DNA of 64,000 bases from the human T2T-CHM13v2.0 reference genome, Homo sapiens: the NCBI RefSeq assembly GCF_009914755.1, contig NC_060947.1. One strand, written 5' to 3'. Shown here in pieces: positions 45,256 through 59,994 of the stretch (positions are counted from its first letter, which is position 1; each line of letters begins with the position of its first letter). The translations under genes and the position numbers were made by a program. A model generated the notes under the pieces. The model had not been told where the DNA came from and did not search any database. It saw only the letters and a list, made by a program, of their open reading frames with translations.

Positions 45256-46586
45256 TTACTATATAGGTTAATATGGAAAACAGTATAAATATATTTTTGG
45301 TTATAACTCTTTTTTCCACCTATCTGATTTAAAACACAATGCATAAGCAATAATTATAAATCTGTGTTGATCGGAATACAATGTTTGAAAATGTAATTTG
45401 TATGACAGTAACAGCACAAGAAGGGGGAAGGGAATTAAGCTTTACAGAAAAAAAGGGATTTACATGCTATTAAAATCAAGTTGGTATTAATCCAAATTAG
45501 ATTGTTATAAAATGTTAGTTGCAATTTCCAGGGCAACCCCTAAGAAAATAACTTTAAAAATATGGTTAAAAATGATAGGAGAATAAAACCATTACCCTAG
45601 AAAATAACTATTTAACACAAAAGAAGGCAATACTGGACAAACTGAGAAGCAAGACATAAAGCATTTAGAAATCAAGTAGAAAATGACAGATATAAATCTT
45701 ACCTTATTTCATTACTTATTCATTATTACTCGTTTTATTACATTAAATACAAATGGATTGAACACTACAATCAGAAGGCAGGGATGGGCAAAATAGATTT
45801 AAACCAACATGATGCAAGTCTATGCTGTCTACAAGAGACACACTTTAGATTCAAAGACACAAATACGTTGAAAGTAAAGGATAGAAAAAGATATACCAAC
45901 TAGAATCAATAGACATCAAGAGTGGCTGTACTAATGTTGGGGAAAATACCAGACTTTGAGACAAAACTTGTTACTAGGGACAAAGAAAGACATTTTATAA
46001 AGATAAATGTGTCAATCTATCAGGAAGATAGAATAATTATCAACATATATGTACATGAGCCCAAAATATATGAAGTAAAACTACCAGAATTGAAGGGAGA
46101 AATAGATCATACAAAAACAATATTTGGAGTCTCCAATTCCCCACTTTCAATAATGGATAGTTCAAACAACTAGGCAGAATATAAAGCAAATGGAAGATTT
46201 TAACAACACTATAAGCCAACTAGATCAAACAGACATCTATAGAACACTCCATACAACAGTGGTAAAACACAATTCTCTACTACACGTGGAACGTTCTTCA
46301 GTACAGGGTACATGTTGGGCCACAAAACGAGTCTCAAATTTAAAAAGTTTGAAATCATACATTTTCTGACCACAATGGAATAAAATTAGAAAACAATAAC
46401 AGAAGAAAATTTGGGAAATTCACAAATATGTGGAAATTAAACATACATACTCCTAAATAACCAATGGGCCAAAGATGAAATGATAAGGGAAATTAGAAAA
46501 CCCTATGAGGTAAATGAAAATGAAAACACAACTTAACAAAAATTATCATATGTAGAGAAGGCAGTGCTTAGAAATTTATGGCTGTA

Positions 46587-46784
46587 TTTTTTCATGTGTT
46601 TTTTGGCTGCATAAATGTCTTCTTTTGAGAAGTGTCTGTTCATGTCCTTCACCCACTAGATGACGAGTTAGTGGGTGCAGTGCACCAGCATGGCACATGT
46701 ATACATATGTAACTAACCTGCACAATGTGCACATGTACCCTAAAACTTAAAGTATAATAAAAAAAAATAAAAAATAAAAAAAAG
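46587..46784 (+). mobile_element. Mini L1PA2-like insertion with 5' inversion and 16-bp TSD
   Basis: gaaatttatggctgta at 46571-46586 and 46785-46800; inverted ORF2 piece 46587-46657; sense 3' end from 46658. Confidence 0.9.
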
Positions 46785-46827
46785 GAAATTTATGGCTGTA
46801 AATGCCTATATTAAAGAGAAGGACTTT

Positions 46828-48185
46828 AAACAAAATAAATAAATGGGACCTAATTAAACTGAAAAGCTTCTGTATAGCAAAATAAATAATCAGCAGAATA
46901 AATAGACAACCCACAGAGTGGGAGAAAATATTTGCAAACTCTGCATTCAACAAAGGACTAACATCCAGAATCTACAAGGAACTCGAATCAGAAAGAAAAA
47001 ACAAATAGTCCCATCAAAAGGTGGGCAAAGAACATGAATAGACAATTCTCAAAAGAAGACAAACAAATAGCCAACAAACATATGAAAAAATGCTCAACAT
47101 TATATCAGAGAAATGCAAATTCAAACCACGATGAGATACCACCTTACTCCTGCAAGAATGGCCATAATTTAAAAATAAAAAAATAATAGATGTTGGTGTA
47201 GATGTGGTGAAAAGGGAACACTTCTACACTGCTGGTGGGAATGTAAACTAGTACAGCCACTATGGAAAACAGTATGGAGAGTCCTTACAGAACTACCATT
47301 TGATCCAGCAATCCCACTACTGGGTATCTATCCAATATATGAAAAAGACACTTGTACACACGTTTATAGCAGCATAATTTGCAATTGCAAAAATATGGAA
47401 CCAACCTAAATGCCTGATATGGTTTCACTGTGTCCCCACCGAAATCTTATCTTGAATTCCCACATGTTGTGGGAGGGCCCTGGTGGGAGGTAATTGAATC
47501 ATGGGGGCAAGTCTTTCCCATGCTGTTCTCCTGATAGTGAATAAGTCTCATGAGATCCGATGGTTTTATAAAGAGGAGTTCCTCTGTACAAGCTGTCTCT
47601 TTTTGCCTGCCGCCATCCATGTAAGATGTGACTTGCTCCTCCTTTCCTTCTGCTATGATTGTGAGGCTTCTCCAGCCACATGGAACTGTAAATCCATTAA
47701 ACCTCTTTCTTTTGTAAATTGCCCAGTCTTGGGTATGTCTTTATCAGCAGCATGAAAACAAACTAATACAATGCTCATCAACTAACAAGTGGATAAAGAA
47801 AATATGATATATATACACCATGGAATACTATTCAGCCATATAAAGAAACAAAATAATGACATTTGCAGCAAGCTGGATGGAAATAAAGACCATTATTCTA
47901 AGTGAAGTAACTCAGGAATGGAAAACCAAATAGCGTATGTTCTCACTTATAAGTGGGAGCTAAGCTATGAGGACGCAAAGGCATAAGAATGATATAATGG
48001 ACTTTGGGGACTCAGGGGGAAGGGTGAGGGGGGTAAGGAATAAAATACTACACATTGGGTACAGTGTACACTGCTCAGGTGATGGATGCACCAAAATCTC
48101 ACAAATCATCATTAAAGAACTTCTCCATGTAACCAAAAACCACCTGTTCCCCAAAAACTATTGAAATAAAAATTTTTAAAAAATA
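46828..48185 (+). mobile_element. L1PB-type 3' portion nested in the ancient L1
   Basis: ORF2 C-terminus plus 3'UTR gagctaagctatgaggacgcaaaggcataagaatga ... aaaaactattgaaataaaaa. Confidence 0.85.
47415..47770 (+). mobile_element. THE1B-like MaLR solo LTR, TSD atgcc/atgct
   Basis: tgatatggttt ... ctaataca termini with 5-bp TSD. Confidence 0.9.
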
Positions 48186-50596
48186 ATGAGAAGGGAGATC
48201 CCAACTCAGTAACTTAAGCTTCTACCTTAAGAAACTAGAAAAAAAAAAATAGCAAAGTAAACACCCAAACCAAGCAGACAGAAATATAGACTAAAATGGA
48301 AATAACTGAAATAGATAATAGAAAAACATTAGAGAAAATGAATAAAAGTAAAAGCTGGTTCTTTGAAAAGATCAACAAAACTGATAAACCTTTAGGTAGA
48401 TTGATAAAGAAAAAAGAGAAAAGACCCAAATCACTAAAATCAGGAATGAGAGCGAGGACACTACTAGTAACTTCACAGAAATAAAAAAAAAAAATGATCA
48501 TAAGAGAATACTATGAACAACTTTATGCCAAAAAGTAGATAACTTTGATGAAATGGACATATTCCTAGAAAGACTCAAGAAGAAATAGAAAATGAATAGA
48601 TTCATAAATAAAGAGGCTGAATTATTAATTTAAAAAGCCCAGGTCCAGAGGCTTCACTGGTGAGTTTTAGCAAACATTCAAAGAATTAACACCAATCCTT
48701 CATAAACTCTTCCCAAAAATAGAAAAGGTAGAACACTTCCCAACCCATTCTCTGAGGCCAGTATTACCCTGATACCAAAATTAGACAAAGACATCCTAAG
48801 AAAAGAAAACTACAGACCAACATCATTTATGAAGATAGGCTTAAAAATCCCCAACAGAATCCTAGCAAGGCTATTCCAGTAACATACCCCTGAATTTGGA
48901 CCCCTACTTCACACCATATACCAAAATTAAATAAAAATTAAGTGCTAAATCTGTAAAACTCTTAAATAAAAATTTTGTACATTTTTGTAATCCTGGATTT
49001 GACAATGTCCTCTTAGATATGACAATGAAAGCACAAATAACCAAAGCAAAAAATAGATGAAATGGACTTCATAAAAATTAAAGCACTTTGGGGCTTCAAA
49101 GGAAACTATTAAGAAAATGAAAAGACAACCTACAGAATGAGAGATAACGTTCTCAAATCATATATCTAATAAGGATCTAGTACTCTAAATACAAAAGGAA
49201 CACTTACACCTCAACAATAAAATCATAATATTATTATGCATACGGATACAGTCTGATGAGCCCCTTTATAGTCTGTAACTTATCTGATATTGACTAATAT
49301 GTACCTGTATTTCATTTTTCAAAGTTTGTTACTATTCACCTGTCTGTTCCTATTTATCATATACAATTAAGACTTGAGTCTGATTTAAGATGTTTTTTTC
49401 TGGGAATGCATGGGAATGGCATATAAAACCAGGATTGACTATCATGGAACATTACATACCACCCTATCACAGAACCCCAAATCACATAAAACAATGTCAC
49501 TGCCTTTCCAATTTACAAGGTTCAGAGTACAGGATACCACCACATAGCACGGTATGTTAGAAGAGGCCAAATTTTGATCTTATTTTCTCACTGTCATTCA
49601 ATTATTAAAGGCTAAAGGAGTATTACAGGCTATAAAGGAAAATATTAAAGTGCAACATATGTCGTTTTCATAATTCATTTGTCATGCAAATAGTATAAAA
49701 CACTATATTTAACCGGGCATCATTCCTAAAATTGTACAGGAAGCTTTGTACCTGGTAGGCAGCAGTGCTGTTGCAAAATTGCTCTGATTGTAACTTCAGC
49801 CAATCCGATTAGCCACAGTCCATCTAAATGAAGATATCATCTCTGACCAATACCTTGGGTCTCTGTTGATTGCCTTGCACTGTAAGCAGACCTCTGCTGA
49901 TTGGTTTTAGCAAAAGTTGTAATCAGAATGGCTGAGAAACACTTCTGAGATGAATTTTGAAAAGGATATGATTGAAAGGAGAGGAAAAAAAAATCAGGTG
50001 AATTGAGAAGAGTCTGACCCCTGAACAAAAACAGCACAAAGAGACTCATCTTGCACATTTCCCTCTGTGACAGCAGCATTACACATTGCTATCGTCCCGG
50101 GCCTTCCTGTCTACAGATGTTATTTTCACTTTCCTCCGATCGCTTCTTTTGATCAGTTCCTAAAATGTCAGTCATGGTTTCTTCCACTTAGAATTGACTT
50201 CTCTCTTTGTCCATTCTATCAATGAGGTGACACTATTTTGGCAGCTTGTGATTTCCCCCCTAGTATTTGCACAACTTCAGCTGCCCAATAAAACTTTGTG
50301 CATCATCTAAAACTGGCTTTCCCCTGTTGCCTTCCATATGTCTAGACTCACAGACACATGGACATCGGAGCTGGCAGAGACTGTGTGACTAGTTAGGGCA
50401 ATTCTCCCTTCTACAGGTAGGGAACTGAGGCCCAGAAAAGGGCAGGGACTTGCACATGGCCTGCTTCTGGAATTCTTCCTCAGTTGAATTTCACTTTCAG
50501 CAAACAGAGTTCAGAGGCTTCCCCAAACTAAATGTATTTTAAACACAAACACAAATGGTAGAATGTTTCTGTTTTGTATTATCTGTGCTCCTCGCC

Positions 50597-51013
50597 TGAT
50601 ATGGTTTGGATGTTTGTCCCCTCCAAATCTCATGTTGAAATGTGATCTCCCATGTTGAAAGTGAAGCCAGATAGGAGGTGTTTGGGTCATGAGGGCAGAT
50701 CTTTCATATATGTCTTGGTGCCCTCCTCGAGGTAATGAGTGAGTTCTTGTTCTGAGTTCATGCAAGATCTCGTTGTTTAAAAGAATGTGTCACCTTCTCC
50801 CTCTCTCCCTTGCTCCCTCCCTTGCTATGTGAAATCTCCTGCTCTCTCTTTGCCTTCTGCCATGAGTGGAAGCTTCCTGAGGCCCTCATCAGAAGCAGAT
50901 GCAGGTGCCATGCTTCTTGTACAGTCTGCAGAACCGTGAGCCAATTAAACCTCTTTTCTTTATAAATTACTCAGACTCAGGTATTCCCTTATAGCAATGC
51001 AAATGGCCTAACA
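50597..51013 (+). mobile_element. MSTB-like MaLR LTR
   Basis: tgatatggtttggatgtttgtcccctccaaatctcatgttgaaatg ... gaaccgtgagccaattaaacc ... ctaaca. Confidence 0.87.
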
Positions 51014-52370
51014 GATTTCCTTATCATTAGTGTGAATAATCAAGAGATAGCTGTTTTATTGCTGTGCAGAAGGAACTGAGGGCATCCCAGACTACTTTCG
51101 TGAAATACATATAGTAGATATTCTCATAACTAACACTTAGGTTGGGCAAAGTCCTTTATTCTTTACAAAGCACTTGTCCACATTACGTTATCACATGGAG
51201 CTTTGTAACCAGCCCTGTGAGGTAAGATATCATGCCTATTTTTATCAGCTTAGGTTCCAAGAGGTTAAGTGATTGCCCAAGGCCACACAACTAGTAATGG
51301 ACAAAACAGGGCCCTGAAACCAGGATCTACAACTTCAAAGCCTAATGCGTTTGCTCGCAGTCTTTACTTGAGGAAACCCTTTGGGAATAACTGAGGATCA
51401 AAGATTCAACTAGCTGAAGGTAATTACTTAGAAGCTATGGTCTTCAGGAAGATGGAAATAATAATTAACAGAAAGAGAAACAGACCTGACCAAGTGTTTT
51501 CTCTATTCCTACCTTAAGAATGAATCGTCTCAAGTGATACCTACATTATAAGAATCTCCAGTTGGACATGGGGGCTAAGGAGGAGGCTCTATTTTTCTTT
51601 ATGCTGAAGAATAATGAAGACTTTGCTTGAAATGTATCTTAGGAGCCCCAGTTTGAAATTTAAAAGCCACTAATCATTCTTTCTGGGACACCGAATTTGG
51701 GATGTGAATAACAAAGTCTACAGTGCTAGCCTGCTACTGAGATTGCATGCCATTGGTAAGGTCCCTTCTCTTCTCTGGGTCTCAGTTCCCCCAATTATAG
51801 AATGAAAGGGATTGAATTAAATATCACTCTCAACTCTGGAATCTTATAATTCTATTGATCTAAGAGCAGGACTAGTGAAAGGAATGGGAAGTAATTTCCC
51901 TTTGAAAATAGAGGATGCCTCCTTTTCCTATCACCCTGCCATTTTGTTCCTGAAGAATTTGCAGTAGCCATAATAAAGGTAATACTTGGACAAGAGCTTT
52001 GCTCTTTGTGCCACAATCTTTTAACAGTCTTCATAATTGAGCATAGTAATAAGATAAACGAAAAATAAAGAAATAGCTGTTTGGAGGTCATGCATGGGGC
52101 TCCTGATAGGTATTATCAGGTCAGAAAGGCTGCAGTCTGTTAGGACAACACATTACCTCAGGCAGTTGGGGTCCAGAACAGATTTGAGGGTCAGTAAAGC
52201 AACAGAGAGTCTTCCATTGATTTCAGATGCCCTTTTATGATGCCCAGAATATTGTTAATATAAATAATCTCAGTTCTGCTACTGATTCAATGTGGACAAA
52301 TCACATAACACAAGAGAATTCTCAAAGCAAGTTGATTCTAAGAAGGAAAGGTGCTTTTGGCAAAAATTCT

Positions 52371-52511
52371 GGCCAGGCACAGTGGCTCATGCCTATAATC
52401 CCAGCACTTTGGGGAGGCCAAGATAGGAGGATCGCTTGAGCCCACGAGTTCGAGACCCGTCTGGGCAACACAGGGAGACCCTGTCTCTATTATTATAAAA
52501 AAAGAAAAAAA
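52371..52511 (+). mobile_element. FLAM_C-like monomer
   Basis: Single left monomer with A tail. Confidence 0.82.
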
Positions 52512-54393
52512 TCCTGTTGTAACATCAGATTCTTCCCATGTGGGTATTGCCTGAACAATATCAGTGATTCCTATTACAAAATATTAGTAGACACAATTAT
52601 GCTGTTTCCACAGTTTGCATGGCAGCTGCACAATTCCATTTGGACTAGGGACACCTGAAACACATTGTTCCACCTGAAGAAAATCAAATTACTTCATCTT
52701 GGAGTTGACTTACAGGGAGTGAGAGAAGAGCCTCAAAGACATAGGTCTAGAGGAGGGCAAGTGTGATAAAAAATGAGTTATTGTGAATATGACCAAACAA
52801 GGGAGGAAAAGCAACACTTGGCTACACATAACTTGTGTTAATAATTCTTCCAGCTCTTCCAAGGAATCGGCCCCCAGCCTATTATCAAGAGGAAGAGAGA
52901 CAAAATGAGATTCTCACCCTTTACAACTAGGGCGCAGGTACTACTGTTGGTAACACTGCCATGGAGAACAGGCAGCTCAGACACTAGAAGTCCAATAGAG
53001 TCACTGGGAAAAGACAAGATGATGATTAGCTTCTTTTGTGTTGGCTTTCCTTTAGCAACTTTTGATGAACTGACAAATCAGCAGGCCTCTTGCTAGCATC
53101 ATGAAATCACATATATCTAGATTCAAAGAAGGGGAGTGAGACTAGATACATAAACGCTCTATCTCCTAGGTTTTATTAAAAACTCATTGCTTGGTGCTAA
53201 GAAATATCGCAAAAGATTGCTTTTCTAATAAAGGCAATCTCTTCATTCTCTGTTTGCTTATCTAGGTTTCTGTAATATACAAAACAGTATCTGCCTCACG
53301 TCCTGCCATCCTGCCAGAGCTAATAACATACATGAATCAGAAATGGATTGTTTTGATCCAAACATTGGCAGCTGGGTAACAAAAAAACCTAGCATTCAGG
53401 TTACAACTCCTCTGCAAAAGGCTGCTGGGTAGGGCTCCCTTAGGACATTGTCTCAAATATCAACTGTAAGACAGGGAATCCAGATTAATGAGTCATCATA
53501 AACACTGAAAAAGCAAATAATGATAATAAAGACACAGGAAGTAGCAATGACTACATGAAGTTAGCATTCAGTTGTCTCGATCACTCTAAAAATACTGCTT
53601 GTACAAATGTCTAAGGAGCAAACCAGCCTGTTAGGAATTCCCTGGAGTCTTTTTGCTGTCCCCTAATTATTCACTTCCGTAATCACTCATCTGCCAACTC
53701 TCTCAACCTCTTCTTATGGAGTCCCTCTCAGCAGGCAGTCACTCTCTTATTACCTCACCTTCCTACTCTTGATCCCATGTGCTCAAATATTCCTTCTCCC
53801 CTTCTTCCCACCTGCTTCCAGGTTCACAAATCTTTCTGTTGGCTCTCATTTCTCCAAAAAACAAAACAAAACAAAACAAAAACAAACAAACAAAAAACAA
53901 ACCGAGTGGCCACACTGGCCACTGTAAAAGCTGGAGCACCCATGTGCTCTTCCTATCAGGAAACTCCCTCCGCACCTGGATTTCCTACTTTCTGATTTGC
54001 TCCTCTCTGCATATTGACATCATGACTGACACCTGTATGTTCCTTGTATTTGCTCCTAGGTTACAGACTCAGCAACATGGGCCAGGAAGCAAGATGCTTG
54101 ACTTGAGTTTCTGTTTCCAGGTCTCCTGCTTCTTCTCAAAGGGAAAGGCAATAAGGGAAAGGCAATATTTTACTCCTCTAAGCCTCAGTTTCCTCATCTG
54201 TAAAATGAGGGAAATAAGAAGTTCCACTTTATGTGTTTGTGGTGAGGGTTAAATGAATGAATATATATGAAGTGTCTAGCACAAAGTTTGGTACATGAAA
54301 GGCACTTAATAAGCTGCAGTTCCCTTCTCCCCCATCTTTATGACATGCCAACCTTCTCACACCATCTTCTAAAATTTTAAAAAGTGATATGTG

Positions 54394-54692
<299 letters not shown>

Positions 54693-55459
54693 GTGATATG
54701 TGGCAACTTTTAACATACTTCATATTCTTCCTTTTGACTCCTTTGCCATGGTTATTTCCAGATCCCTGTTCTCCTCTACATGCATCTCCCCATCTGGTTA
54801 TCTGTTTCTTCACTGGTAAAAGAATGAGATTGGACTAAATAATCTCTAAGGATCTTGCAAGTAGCACCACTGTGGCCACAGCCTGGGTTCCAATGTTTCT
54901 TAGGCAATCAAATGTTATAACTACTTCCTCATAAATAGGTTAGATAATGATAGCACATCATAAAGGAAATTATACAAAATTCTGAAAGGCATTTTTTTGT
55001 TCTGAATTTGTCTCTGATCACCGGAAACAGCATGAGAAATAGTTAAAGGAAAGGCATTTGTCATTTCAATGAAAATCTCTGGAAAGCAAATACTTATTAC
55101 TACAATCTAGATGAAGCCTTGGCCTTTTGATTAAAAACGTGAAGCTGACATATGGTGCCTCCCCATGCCCAAGGAAACAAGCCTTCTAGGTTCCATTTAT
55201 TTGCTTCTGAAAGTTTTACTGAGTTTCCACTTTGAGTCCTGCAACCTATCTTAAAGGCAAGGGAAAGGTGCAAGGCTGGCTTCAGTTCTCCCCACATGCA
55301 AACAGCTACACACCCATGCCAGTGGCCTACGTGTCAATGAAGACCCTTTTGGCTTCACTTCTCAGATCAGCTAAAGATTGGCCTCTGGAGACAAAACACC
55401 CTGTAGCAGGTTTTCCCTTAAAAGGACATTGCAATCTGCTCTTACCAGTGCATTTTTCT

Positions 55460-55548
55460 TGAAGAAGAATGAGAAGGAGAAGGAGAAAGGAGGAGGAGGG
55501 AAGGAAAGAAGGAGTGAAGGAAAGAAGGAGAAGATGAAGGAGGAGAAT
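55460..55548. repeat. GA-rich low-complexity tract
   Basis: gaagaagaatgagaaggagaaggagaaaggaggagg... Confidence 0.85.
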
Positions 55549-58500
55549 TTAGATAGGAAACACAGTTACCTTCTAGGATATGTAATTCTCAAATATGAAC
55601 CAGAAGTCATCATATGAATCTCTGCTGTCACAAAGTGTTGATTTAGAACACCCCCTACTCAATATGTTTATCCAACTCTATTCCTGCTAACTTAAAGTCC
55701 ACCAGTCCGGCCTAGTGGCCTCTCAGCACTGTATCTATGCAGGTCATTTGGCTTAGTATCTCCTTTAGCAATGTCCTCTACAAAGACTGGCTATGGCTTG
55801 ACTTTTGTGGCTATGAATCCAATTTGAGACAACAAATACATTTTACTGCAGAAGCTAGCAATTAGCTATTTGTATGCAATTTATGATTAAATATAACCTG
55901 AGTCTTGAAGGGCAATATGCTGAAAAGCTGTGCATTAGCTTTTCCACCAGTGACTTCACAGAGGCTTTTATAAAATTAACTACTCATAAAAGTTAAGTAG
56001 AAAAATATTGATGATGTTCAGGTCTCTTAATTAGTTCTATATCCCCCTAATAGTCTAAAAGCAAAGGTACACTTTTATAGAAAACAGTTTCTTTAGAAAA
56101 AGGACCAGTTTTTTCACTCCCAAACCTTTTGTTTTCTTTTCTGGAACTAGTCCAGGGCCTCCCAGACTTATAAGCTCCTGTGTCCAAACCTCCCATATAT
56201 GCAGGTGGCTGGTCCAGTGTGGGAGGCCTGACTTCTCTAGCCACCATGTTACCCTCTTGCTGCCAGAGCCATCTTTAGTGGGGCTTCAGGGAAGGCAGTA
56301 TAACAGCATCCTTGCTCCCAGGATCAATGTTAGGTCTCAGGATTTGAGTGGTTTGGTACTGCTCAGAACATGTATCTGGGCCATCAAATGAGTTCCGGAC
56401 TGGAGTAAAAAGGACCCTATTCCCTCCATTATTCCTCAGTCTCCACCCAAGCCCTAAGTTTCCTTTGTTCCTTCCCAGCAGTCATCTATTTCTCACAGAC
56501 CCTTCCCTCACCCCTTCAGTGGTTAGAAGAGTTTTCATTCAGGGGGAATTCCTCTAGGACAAGTTCCCTGTCCTACCCAGGCTGGGTTAAATAATACTCC
56601 CTTAATCTGTGCGATCATAATGCCTGGGCATAGGCTGATCTCTGTTTCTGTGACTCTCACTAGACTATGAACTCTCTTGAGGGCAGGTGCTGGCTTTTTC
56701 ATCTCTCTATCTGTATTACATATCTAGTGAAGAACATATCAAAAGTACTCAACAAATATGTATTGAGTATATAGACGAAGCTGTGACCTTGGCAGTATTG
56801 GCTACTGCTACTTAGCTAAGCATTTGCTACTGGGGAGAAACCTTATCAAATGAAGTCAGTTCTCTAAAATTAACCAGGTAACAAAAGAATCTTCATACAC
56901 ATTGTCAAACATTTAAATGTAACATTCAAAGGTTCTTTTCTACGCATATTTTTAAGCATTAGTTTAATTAACGCTGATACTTTGAAAGTCCTAGAAATAA
57001 TCAGAATCATTAATGTCAGCCTGACAAAGGTATAAAGAAAGTTTCTGTAATATAGACCAAAGTGCTTTCACAAGATTGTCTGGAAATAAATAGCTCACTG
57101 TGAAATTTATGAATTGCTTTATATATTAATCAACGATACAGTGATGCTCTAACAAGGTTAAAAGTGTTCTCTGATTTCCATTATAAAGACAATTTCAATC
57201 AAGCAGTCTAACAGTCTAATAGTGTAGGTCATTCTATAATTCAATTGTACTAATGACTGTGGCATGCATGCAAACAACAAAATAAAACAGGCTGAGAGAC
57301 CAAACCTAGAAAAAATGCTTTATTAAAAAAACAATGATTTGCATCTCACATTTTCAATGACCTTTATAGTACTCATCTGCAAATGAAATAGAATCATTCC
57401 TCATGGCCCAACAGATACCTTTTGTTCCTGCCCATCCATTTCATGTAAATTATATATGTTGACCTTTAATTGGCTATAACTGAAGCACATTTTGAGAAAC
57501 ACTTTTATATTGATTTGCTTAGACTTATGCAACAGTCAAAGCTGAGAGAAACAAGACTGAAAGTTTTTATTCACTATTTCTATAGTGAGCCGTATTTCAG
57601 AGGTTCTCCTAGTCTCAACTGCGTATTTATATTTGATTCCTTCATCATAAACAATTTCTCAGGTAACCTGTAAAAACACAGATCCGAAAATATCTTGGCA
57701 AGAAATGTCATCTTCTGCCTATTTTATTTCTCTTTTTCACATAAAAATGCTCATAATAGTCTGTGCATTGAAATACATACTAATGTTGCATCTATTGTGA
57801 TTTCTAGGAATCCTACAATCAAAAAGCAGAGAAAATCAAGAAGCATCTTAGATGCTAATTTGAATATTTTTAGGTAGCAGAAGATACAATAAGTCTAAAA
57901 ATAAGCCTTAGAAGCATACAATGTCATATATAAAAAAAAAGGAAGGTATGGCAGAAAGAATACTGGTGTTATTGCCAGAAGCCATGTTTTAGTTCTGGTT
58001 TGACATTAACTGGTTGATCTTTGGCAATTCCTTTGCCTTAAATCATATGCCTCAGTTTTCTAGTCTTCAAAATGAAGAAACAAAACTAGATATTTGAGGG
58101 CCATTCCAGATGTCGTTCTCTACTTCTAAATGGAAAGTAAAGAAGAAATGATTTTTTAAAAACCACAAACTTTAGGTAAGAGGAAGGAGAGACAAGGATA
58201 AGTGAGGATACTTTACAGGATCAGAGATGAGGAGAAAATTTTGATAACAGAAACAAAGGTCCTAATCCAAGAACAGTATTTCTCTAGGATGTTTTGAAGA
58301 ACAGACCATTAAGGGAAGCTTGTAATTTCAGAGGATACCTCCCATGGCACCTCTAACAGAGAAGAACCCTGGTTTATATAAATGCCATGGGGCTAATCCA
58401 AAAAAAATTTCCAGGTCATATGGCCTTTCTTGGACATGTGTGCATGGGTGACTTTGGACTATTTATCTATATTTCTAGACTTAAGCATTTCACTTTCCCC

Positions 58501-58563
58501 TGTAAGTTGATTTTTAAATTAGCCATATAGTACAAGAGCAAACTTCTTGAAGTATTTACAGAT

Positions 58564-58867
58564 TTTTTTCTTTGATCATAGAACTTGTAGATGCTACAAA
58601 AATACCCATTTAGTATTTGTTTTTCCTTTCTTCACAAAAGGCAGCCATATCTCACTTGCTTACTTTGCCATATTTCTAACCCTCACTTTTCTATTTTGCT
58701 GGTTTGTCTACTACATTTTTTCTTTGATCATAGAACTTGTAGATGCTACAAAAGTACCCACTTAGTATTTGTTTTTCTTGTCTTCACAAAAGGCAGCCAT
58801 ATCTCACTTGATTACTTTGCCATATTTCTAACCCTCACTTTTCTACTTTGCTGGTTTGTCTACTACA
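58564..58867. repeat. Head-to-tail tandem duplication, 2 x 152 bp
   Basis: Copies 58564-58715 and 58716-58867; 6 substitutions by manual comparison. Confidence 0.95.
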
Positions 58868-59994
58868 CCCAACCAACTAAATCTCCCTATTCTGCCTTGA
58901 AAAGACAAAACAAGGAAATGTCTGCCCTGTCTACGTTAAGCCTTCCTAGTTGCTGGGCTGATAGGTTTGTTTCCTTTTTCATCCAATAGCCTCTTTCATT
59001 CTGCAGAGTAGAGCTCCCCCAATAGATGTCTTCACTTGCTGCTTCTTGAAAACTATGCATTGCCTTACAAATTGCATTCAATGAGTATTTTGTTCTTCCT
59101 CTTTTGCTGTCACTTTCAAATCCAAGGCCAGGATCCAGGATAGTTGGCTGTGGTGGACGTGAGATAGGGTTTCTGGCTAATACTTAAGCTGGGAAGTCTA
59201 AATGCTGTATTAAGAGAAGTGTGTGAAGGAAATAAAGGAGAAACAGGTAGGTAATTTAGATCCTGGGAAGACTGATGTCCTGTACAATCAGGATGCAAGG
59301 TTCAGAGACCCAGATAAGGATCTATGAAACATGAGATCAGGGACCCAATCACAAAATCTGGGAAAAAAGAAAGCAGCATCCACACAGAGTCTGACTGGCG
59401 GGCTCATGAAAGGAGCAAAAAGGGAACTTGAATCTTAAGCCACTTACTGACAAAGCCAGAGTAATAGGTGGAAATCAAAGTTGGGAGAATGGATGAGGGA
59501 ACACAGAGCATTTATAACCTGAGAAAAATCAGAGGTCTAGGTTAGTTCGTCTGGGCTGCCCCAAACCTTAAACAAACAGGATAGGCATGGAATTAATTGA
59601 CTAAGGAAACTGAAGAATTGGATGGGAAAGTAAATGATAACTAACTCTTCTTTAAAAGGCAAAGGTGAGGTAAAAAAATAAGCAATTCTCAAGTGCTGAG
59701 AAACCTTTAATCATCCTTATGATAAGTCTAGTCAAGCAAAATGATGGAGAGATTAGGGCAGATATACAGATGGCTTCACTCATCCTACCACCTCCTAATT
59801 TCTGGCCAAAAAGAAAAAGAAAAACAAATACACAGTTCAGGAGAAAGAGATCTGTAGAGGATCTAAATCACCCAAATTGGCATCTAAAGTGAATGGATTC
59901 CTCCATTCCCTGTGCAGCTTTCCCCTTGCTTGGGCCTCTAATTCAGTTCTTTGGAGGCAATCCACTACAGAACCTTGGTATCAAGAGTTCACAT

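Noticed and set aside
53214-53240. Small hairpin agattgctttt-ctaat-aaaggcaatct
   Set aside because: An 11-bp imperfect stem is too short for a pre-miRNA and is plausible by chance.
53779-54252. Longest ORF in the track (157 aa)
   Set aside because: Runs through a (caaaa)n tract and ends in a MIR; no recognisable domain.
58547-58989. ORFs with an internally repeated peptide, and a possible CRISPR-like array
   Set aside because: Explained by the two-copy 152-bp duplication; no repeat-spacer structure, and the DNA is primate.
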